The notes under the pieces were generated by a model. That model was not told where the DNA came from and made no database searches. It was given only the letters and a program-made list of their open reading frames with translations. The translations under genes were made by a program, and so were the position numbers. A DNA stretch of 64,000 bases, taken from positions 32,001 through 96,000 of the IMG/VR virus record IMGVR_UViG_3300037067_012456; one strand, written 5' to 3'. The DNA is from a virus (taxonomy: Duplodnaviria; Caudoviricetes). Of the stretch, positions 57,744-64,000 are shown one piece after another (position 1 is the first letter of the stretch; every line of letters starts with the position of its first letter).

Positions 57744-58195
57744 TGGATATTTCATATAAAATAAATAATTCTACTCAAAAAGATATCCATGATCATTTAG
57801 TTATTTGTGATACTTATTTTGATAATATTTTAAGTAGTAGAGTTAATTTAGATGAATTTTCAGAAAAAATTTATACCAAAGCTATTAGATTTGAAGCTTG
57901 GTATGAGAAAAAATTAATTGGATTAATTAGTGCTTATTTTACTAGTGATGTAATTGGATTTATTAATCATGTAGCTGTTTTTACTAGATTTCAAAGAAAA
58001 GGAATATCAAGAATTTTATTACAATCTTGTATAGATTATGGTAAAAAGAATAATTATAAGTTTATCCATTTAGAAATAAATAGTAAAAATAAGAAAGCTA
58101 TGGATTTATATAAATCATTTAATTTTGTAGTATTAGAAACGTCAGATGATAATATAAAAATGAGGAAAGATATAAGAAATGGAAAGAGATTATAA
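57743..58195 (+). CDS. GNAT acetyltransferase
   Basis: INHVAV...FQRKGIS..LL, LEINSKNKKA..LY....F. Confidence 0.88.
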   Translation: MDISYKINNSTQKDIHDHLVICDTYFDNILSSRVNLDEFSEKIYTKAIRFEAWYEKKLIGLISAYFTSDVIGFINHVAVFTRFQRKGISRILLQSCIDYGKKNNYKFIHLEINSKNKKAMDLYKSFNFVVLETSDDNIKMRKDIRNGKRL

Positions 58196-58916
58196 TATAG
58201 AATTTAAAGATACAAAAGATCATAAATATGCATATAATTTTGATTTTGATATTATGCATCCATATATGATTAAATCTTTTATGCCTTTTTTTACAGGAAA
58301 CAATGTTTTAGAATTAGGTAGTTTTAAAGGAGAATTCACTAAATTATTATCCCCAATTTTCCCTCTTATTACTTGTATAGAAGCATCTAAAGAGGCTGTT
58401 TTAGAAGCAAGAGAAAAATTTTCATATCAAGTAAGAATACATAATAATACTTTTGAAGAAATAGAATTAATGGATACTTATTCTAATATCATAATGACTC
58501 ATGTTCTTGAACACTTAGACAATCCAGTAGAAATACTTAAAAAAATAAATGATAAGTGGTTATCTGAAACAGGAAGATTGTTTTTAGTATGTCCAAATGG
58601 AAATGCTCCATCTAGACAAATTGCAGTTAAAATGGGATTAATTAGTCATAATACAGCAATTACTCCTGCAGAAAAAGAACATGGACATAGAATAACTTAT
58701 ACATTAGATACTCTAGAAAGAGGTGTAAAAGAAGCTGGATTAAAAATTATTCATAGATCTGGAATCTTTTTTAAAGCATTAGCTAATTTTCAATGGGATA
58801 GACTACTTCAAACAGATATTATATCTAAAGAATATTTAGATGGGTGTTATGCATTAGGGCAGCAATATCCTGATCTTTGTTCTAGTATTTTTTTGGTTTG
58901 TGAAAAAGGAAATTAG
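58179..58916 (+). CDS. class I SAM-dependent methyltransferase
   Basis: VLELGSFKG, IEAS, THVLEHLDNP, G.LFLVCPN. Confidence 0.88.
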   Translation: MERDYNIEFKDTKDHKYAYNFDFDIMHPYMIKSFMPFFTGNNVLELGSFKGEFTKLLSPIFPLITCIEASKEAVLEAREKFSYQVRIHNNTFEEIELMDTYSNIIMTHVLEHLDNPVEILKKINDKWLSETGRLFLVCPNGNAPSRQIAVKMGLISHNTAITPAEKEHGHRITYTLDTLERGVKEAGLKIIHRSGIFFKALANFQWDRLLQTDIISKEYLDGCYALGQQYPDLCSSIFLVCEKGN

Positions 58917-59723
58917 ATGAAAAAAGTATTATTAGTATCTTTAGTTTACCAAGAAATTGATTTAAATATGACTCAAATGGAATCTTTATTTCCTTTAATT
59001 GATTTATTAGATATAATAGTTCTTGAAAATTATAGTAGCACTACAGAAGAAAAAGGAATTCCTTATTTTTTAAATTTGCTTAAAGAAAAGAAAATAAGTC
59101 AATATATTCTTTTTGAAAAGAATATAGGTGGATCTGCTTTTTTTATGTTTTTTATTGACTTTTTAAATAATTTGAAAAATTATGATTATATTGTTATTAC
59201 TGATGGAGATGTTCAGGCTTTAAATAATAATTGGTTGTTTGAATCCATAATGATTATAGATAAAGCTGAAAATGCTTTTTGTTGTGCAGTTGATTATAAT
59301 ACTGATAATTTACCTATAGAATCCTTTCCAGAATCTAGAAATTGGATGCCAATTCCAATAGATCATGGATGGTATTTAGAATCAGCGACTGGTGGACATC
59401 TTTTGATGTTTAAATCAGAGAGTATAAATGATTTTGTAGTTTGGTTACAGGAGAATAAATTATTATTTATAGATGATAATATAAGAGGATTTTGTCACAC
59501 AATCTTGAAAAAAAGATGGTATAAAACAAAATACAGCAAATGTAAACACCTTGTATGGGATTTATATCATGATAAAACACATCCATATACAATAATGAAA
59601 ATGAAACCAAGAGAAGAAATATTTAGAACAGTAACTTTTTGTAATTATATTAAGCATAAATTAATAAATAATGAAATAATTTCCAATAAAATTGTATATA
59701 GAGAGGCTACTAGTGATAAATAA
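58917..59723 (+). CDS. glycosyltransferase, GT-A fold
   Basis: IIVLENYS, KNIG, YIVITDGD (DxD), H..WD.Y. Confidence 0.65.
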   Translation: MKKVLLVSLVYQEIDLNMTQMESLFPLIDLLDIIVLENYSSTTEEKGIPYFLNLLKEKKISQYILFEKNIGGSAFFMFFIDFLNNLKNYDYIVITDGDVQALNNNWLFESIMIIDKAENAFCCAVDYNTDNLPIESFPESRNWMPIPIDHGWYLESATGGHLLMFKSESINDFVVWLQENKLLFIDDNIRGFCHTILKKRWYKTKYSKCKHLVWDLYHDKTHPYTIMKMKPREEIFRTVTFCNYIKHKLINNEIISNKIVYREATSDK

Positions 59724-60615
59724 AAGATTGGTTATCTCTGAACCGGCAAGAGAATTTCATTTTACAAAATGGGAATTACCTGAATTTAAGAAACATTTTT
59801 CAAATGTGATTATGCATTATTATAATGAAGATCCTCAATTTACTCAAATAAAAAAAGATGATATTCTTTTTGTTTTTTTAAGTTTACCTCAATACCAAAA
59901 TGTAGAATGTGATTTTAAATTTGGTATGATATATCCGGGATTTGGATTTCACCCCTTACATCATTTAGATCAAAGAGCTAGAATGAAATCTGTTATTTCA
60001 CAATATTCTGCTGTATTCATGAATGATGGACCCTTATGGGAAAGTTTTAAAGATCTCCCAAATGTTTATAATACCCCATATGCCGTTGATTCACATATGT
60101 TTAAAAAAACAAGAGTAAGAACTAAATTTAAAAGAATTATTCAAGTAGCAAATAATGTTGCATGGCAGTATAAAGGAAGACATATTTCAGAAGCAGCAAT
60201 GAAATTAATGCCGTATGAATGGGAATTGTTTCCTGAAAATAATAATAAAATGGGAGCAATTCCTTTTAATGAATTACCTGATATTTATCAGAAAGCAGAT
60301 GGATTTTTAAATCCAAATATGATCGGAGATCCTCCGGGATATTGGGTTGACTGTAAATATACAGGAACAACTTTAGAAGCAGGTCTAAGTGGTTGTATAA
60401 TATTTTGGCACGATTGTATGAAGTTAGGTAATGATTTTGAAACAGTTTTTGAAATATCTAGTAATCCAATAGAAATTGCAAAAAGAATACCAGAAATTAT
60501 AAATTCAATAGATTTAGAAAAACATAGTTTATTAACATCGCAAGAATTTTATGAAAGATGTAATATAAAAAGTTCAGTTGAGCATAAAATAAATACTATA
60601 CAAAAATTTATTTAA
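59692..60615 (+). CDS. glycosyltransferase, GT-B fold (GT4-like)
   Basis: PYAVDSHMF, YKG, IPFNELPDIYQKADGFLNP, TLEAGLSGC; true start may be GTG 59713. Confidence 0.75.
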   Translation: MYIERLLVINKRLVISEPAREFHFTKWELPEFKKHFSNVIMHYYNEDPQFTQIKKDDILFVFLSLPQYQNVECDFKFGMIYPGFGFHPLHHLDQRARMKSVISQYSAVFMNDGPLWESFKDLPNVYNTPYAVDSHMFKKTRVRTKFKRIIQVANNVAWQYKGRHISEAAMKLMPYEWELFPENNNKMGAIPFNELPDIYQKADGFLNPNMIGDPPGYWVDCKYTGTTLEAGLSGCIIFWHDCMKLGNDFETVFEISSNPIEIAKRIPEIINSIDLEKHSLLTSQEFYERCNIKSSVEHKINTIQKFI

Positions 60616-60627
60616 TAGTAAAGTTAT

Positions 60628-61962
60628 ATGAAAATATTGTTATTAAATCCTCCTAAAGAAAAAGAAATAACTTTTGCTGTATTAACAGATTATAATACAA
60701 AAGCAAGAAATAATAATCCTCCATTGGGTTTACTATATCTTCATTCCTATTTATCACCATATCATAATGTTGATGTTGTTGATATGAGTGCAGAAGAACT
60801 TGGTATATTAAATATACATAATATACTTCTTAAATATAAACCTGATATAGTTGGGATTACTTGTGTTATTTCTAAATGGCCAACAACAAAAGAATTATCT
60901 AGACAGATAAAAATATTTAATAAAGATATAATTACTATTGTTGGTGGCGTAAATCCATCATTATATACATATGAAACTCTTCAATGTGAAGATATAGATT
61001 ATGTTATTAGAGGATTTGGTCAAATTCCTTTATTAGAATTATGTAATGCTTTAGATAAAAAAGAAACTACTACTACAATAAAAAATTGTTGTACTAAAGA
61101 AACTTATAGATATCCTGAAAAAGGATGTTTTAATTTTGAAGATATAGATAAATATCCTTTTCCTAATAGAAAGATTGTTCCAATTGATAATTATAATATG
61201 CCTTTTTCTCCTAAAAATCCAACTACATCTATGTTAACAAGTTTTGGATGTTTTCATAAATGTCATTTTTGTCAATGTAGGACATTTACTCCTATTGTAA
61301 TAAGAAAACCAGAATATGTAATAGATGAATTAAAAGAAGTTAAAACTGATGGTATTAAATCTGTTATTTTTCAAGATGAGCTTTTTACTATGTCTAATAG
61401 ACGAATAACTGATATTTGTACTCCAATGATAGAAAATAAAATAGATCTTAATTGGGCTATAAGAGCTAGAGCAACTCATTTAAAACAAGAATCATTGGAT
61501 TTAATGAGACAAGCTGGTTGTTTTAATATTCATATGGGTATAGAGTCGGGAACAGATAGGATATTGAAAAGAATGAATAAAAATATTACTGTTCCCCAAA
61601 TAAAAGAATCTATAAAGGCAATAAAAAAAGCTGGGATGTCCTGTTCAGCAAGTTTTATGTTGGGTTATCCCGGAGAAACAAAAGAGGAGATACTAGAAAC
61701 AATTTATTTTGCTGCAGAATTGGAATTAAATGTTTGTCAATTCTACATAACAATACCATCTCCGGGGACAGAGCTATATAAAGAATGGCAAGAAAGAACT
61801 GGATATAAAGGAGATGTATTTAGTCAATTTACAATGAATCCCGATAGTATTGATCTTGATGGGAATATAGCTTCTGATCTATTTACAAGAGAAGAAATGA
61901 ATGAATTTGTTCAGCTAGGGTTTTCTAAAACAAATAATTTATATAAAATAAAAAATGATTAG
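60628..61962 (+). CDS. B12-binding radical SAM protein
   Basis: KILLLNPP, PPLGLLYL.SY, PDIVGIT, VGG..PS, TSFGCFHKCHFC (CxxxCxxC), DELFT, GIESG, FMLGYPGET. Confidence 0.92.
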   Translation: MKILLLNPPKEKEITFAVLTDYNTKARNNNPPLGLLYLHSYLSPYHNVDVVDMSAEELGILNIHNILLKYKPDIVGITCVISKWPTTKELSRQIKIFNKDIITIVGGVNPSLYTYETLQCEDIDYVIRGFGQIPLLELCNALDKKETTTTIKNCCTKETYRYPEKGCFNFEDIDKYPFPNRKIVPIDNYNMPFSPKNPTTSMLTSFGCFHKCHFCQCRTFTPIVIRKPEYVIDELKEVKTDGIKSVIFQDELFTMSNRRITDICTPMIENKIDLNWAIRARATHLKQESLDLMRQAGCFNIHMGIESGTDRILKRMNKNITVPQIKESIKAIKKAGMSCSASFMLGYPGETKEEILETIYFAAELELNVCQFYITIPSPGTELYKEWQERTGYKGDVFSQFTMNPDSIDLDGNIASDLFTREEMNEFVQLGFSKTNNLYKIKND

Positions 61963-61971
61963 GTAAAATTA

Positions 61972-62526
61972 ATGACATCCTTTTATTCAAGAGAAGAATT
62001 AGAGTTATTAAAGTTTAAATCTTTAGGAGAAAATGTTTTATTAAGTAGAAATGCTTCTATATATTCTCCAGAAAAAATTAATATTTCTAATAATGTTAGA
62101 ATAGATGATTTTTGTATAATATCTGGTAATATTAATATAGGTAATTATGTTCACATAGCTGCTGGATGTTATTTATTTGGAGAACATGGAATTATCTTAG
62201 AAGATTTTTCTGCAATTTCATCTCGAAGTGCTCTTTATAGTGGAACAGATGATTATACTGGGGAATTTTTAAGTAATCCAATGTGTCCCATACTATGTAG
62301 AAAAATAACAAAAGGACCTATTTTTTTAGGAAAGCATGTTTTAATAGGAACTGGAACAACAATTCTACCGGGAGTTTATATAGGAGAAGGAACTTCTGTA
62401 GGAGCGATGAGTTTAGTTAATAGATCTTTGAAAGAATGGAAGATTTATAAAGGAATACCCGCAAGAGAATATAAAGAAAGATTGCGAGGATGCTCTGAAT
62501 TTGAAGAATTATTATTTAAAAAATAA
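61972..62526 (+). CDS. hexapeptide-repeat (LbH) sugar N-acyltransferase, VioB-like
   Basis: FYS.EEL....FKSLGENVLLS, VRIDDFC.ISG, IGNYVHI, DDY.G, V.IG....ILPGV.IGEG..VGAMSLV. Confidence 0.85.
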   Translation: MTSFYSREELELLKFKSLGENVLLSRNASIYSPEKINISNNVRIDDFCIISGNINIGNYVHIAAGCYLFGEHGIILEDFSAISSRSALYSGTDDYTGEFLSNPMCPILCRKITKGPIFLGKHVLIGTGTTILPGVYIGEGTSVGAMSLVNRSLKEWKIYKGIPAREYKERLRGCSEFEELLFKK

Positions 62527-62546
62527 AATAACATATGGTATAACAC

Positions 62547-63662
62547 ATGGAAAAATTTGTATTTCCTATATTAATAACAAAACCTCTTATTCCAGACATT
62601 AATATATATTTTAAATATGTTAAAGATATTTTTGATTCTAAAATGTTATCAAATAGTGGTAAATATCATTTAATTCTTGAAGATGATTTAAAATACATAT
62701 TAAAAGTTAATAACTTATTAGTATTTAATAATGGTACTAATGCTTTAATGATAGCATTAAAGGGATTAAATTTAACTGGAGAAATTATTACAACTCCTTT
62801 TACTTTTCCAGCTACTCCACATGCCATTACTTGGAATGGATTAAAACCAATATTTTGTGATATTGATAATAAAACAATGAATATTGATGCTAATAAGATA
62901 GAATCTTATATAACTAAAGATACATCAGCTATTTTAGCTGTTCATACATTTGGTACTCCTTGTGATGTTATGAAAATAGAACAAATAGCTAAAGAACATA
63001 ATTTAAAAGTTATATATGATAGTGCTCATGCTTTTATGACTGAAATAGATGGTGACGGAATTGGAAATTTTGGTGATGTTTCTATGTTTAGTTTCCATCC
63101 AACTAAATTGTTTCATACATCTGAGGGTGGTGCTTTAACTTTTAATAACGATACTTTAAAGGAAACTTATAAACTACTTAGAAATTTTGGGATAGTTTTT
63201 AAAGATGGTACGGAATCCGTAGAATTAGATGGTATTAATGGTAAAATGAGTGAAATACAAGCTGCTATGGGATTGTGTGTTTTAGATATAGTTGATAAAG
63301 AAAGAAGAAAAAGAGAATCTATTTCTAAAAGATATATTCATAATTTATCGGTAAAAAAAGGAATATCTTTCCAAAAGTTAGAATCTAATATAACTCCAAG
63401 TTATCAATATTTTCCGATAAGAATAAATAAAGAAGAATTTGGAGAATCTAGAGATGATGTATACAATAGATTAAGAGAATATAATGTTTTTGCTAGAAAA
63501 TATTTTAATCCTTTATGTATTGATTATGATCATTATAAAGATACAAAAGGTGATTTTTCTATAGCTAGAAAGGTTGTTACAGAAGTATTATGTTTACCTT
63601 TTTATGGTGATTTAACTATGAATGATATTAATAAAATATGTTCTATTATTTTGGGTGAATAA
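62547..63662 (+). CDS. DegT/DnrJ/EryC1/StrS NDP-sugar aminotransferase, VioA-like
   Basis: NNGT.AL, ITTPFTF.AT, VH.FG.PC, YDSAHAF, SFHPTK.F.T.EGG, GINGKMSE..AA.G. Confidence 0.92.
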   Translation: MEKFVFPILITKPLIPDINIYFKYVKDIFDSKMLSNSGKYHLILEDDLKYILKVNNLLVFNNGTNALMIALKGLNLTGEIITTPFTFPATPHAITWNGLKPIFCDIDNKTMNIDANKIESYITKDTSAILAVHTFGTPCDVMKIEQIAKEHNLKVIYDSAHAFMTEIDGDGIGNFGDVSMFSFHPTKLFHTSEGGALTFNNDTLKETYKLLRNFGIVFKDGTESVELDGINGKMSEIQAAMGLCVLDIVDKERRKRESISKRYIHNLSVKKGISFQKLESNITPSYQYFPIRINKEEFGESRDDVYNRLREYNVFARKYFNPLCIDYDHYKDTKGDFSIARKVVTEVLCLPFYGDLTMNDINKICSIILGE

Positions 63663-64000
63663 ATGTTAATTTGTTTAGATGAATCAATTGTATTAAGAAG
63701 AATAACTGAATTAGATACCGATTTTGTTTTATCTTTATTAAATAATGAATCTATTAAAAATAATTTTCCTAGAACTAAAGATATTACATTAAAAGATCAT
63801 GAAACCTTTTTAAATAAATTATCTAATAAAAATCTTTATTGGATAATTGAAAAAGATAAAATACCAGTTGGTACTATATCTTTATATGATATTAATTATG
63901 ATCATAAAAGAGCTGAATGGGGAAGATTAATGATTCTTCCTAAATATAGGAATCAAGATATCGGAAAACTTGCTTTAAAAGAAATTATTAATTATTCTTT
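63663..64000 (+). CDS. RimJ/PseH-like GNAT N-acetyltransferase (runs off the right edge)
   Basis: Hand translation: MLICLDESIVLRRITELD...ITLKDH..F...YWIIE....PVGTISLYDINYDHKRAEWGRLMILPKYRNQDIGKLAL. Confidence 0.8.
   Translation, partial: MLICLDESIVLRRITELDTDFVLSLLNNESIKNNFPRTKDITLKDHETFLNKLSNKNLYWIIEKDKIPVGTISLYDINYDHKRAEWGRLMILPKYRNQDIGKLALKEIINYS

Noticed and set aside
1-64000. Alternative genetic code (stop-codon reassignment, seen in some large phages)
   Set aside because: Genes are full length under code 11 and end in TAA, TAG and TGA with tight coupling.
53765-64000. Bacterial chromosome O-antigen locus flanking a prophage
   Set aside because: No integrase, att site, wzx/wzy or housekeeping genes are seen, and AT content and gene packing are broadly continuous with the phage genes. 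It cannot be fully excluded because the cluster runs off the window.

Overview
The window is a very AT-rich, gene-dense segment of a large tailed (jumbo-type) bacteriophage genome that uses the standard genetic code. The left arm (1-29.5 kb, mostly minus strand) is a replication, recombination and nucleotide-metabolism region. It holds a family-4 UDG fused to a PolA-type DNA polymerase (truncated at the window edge), RuvC-like, SSB-like and UvsY-like genes, several calcineurin-like phosphoesterases, a pol-beta nucleotidyltransferase and an SGNH hydrolase. It also holds a TerD-like-domain protein, a class II ribonucleotide reductase with a LAGLIDADG intein, a GIY-YIG endonuclease, SbcCD and a replication-initiator-like gene with iteron-like repeats. 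The right arm (29.6-64 kb, plus strand) is a head-morphogenesis module (portal, prohead protease, scaffold, decoration protein, major capsid protein). It is followed by a homing-endonuclease-like gene and a >10 kb amino-sugar biosynthesis and glycosylation cluster. The best novelty candidate is a promoter-driven array of three covarying ~60-nt RNA hairpins (13614-13794), each with a conserved loop motif and a variable 18-20 nt segment, directly upstream of the 640-aa TerD-like-domain protein. Other notable signals are a probable virion-glycosylation system next to the capsid gene, a recurrent K-x-A motif marking head proteins, and a pseudo-phosphatase. All product calls come from motif recognition by eye; no database searches were run. 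I saw no tRNA, rRNA or CRISPR array.
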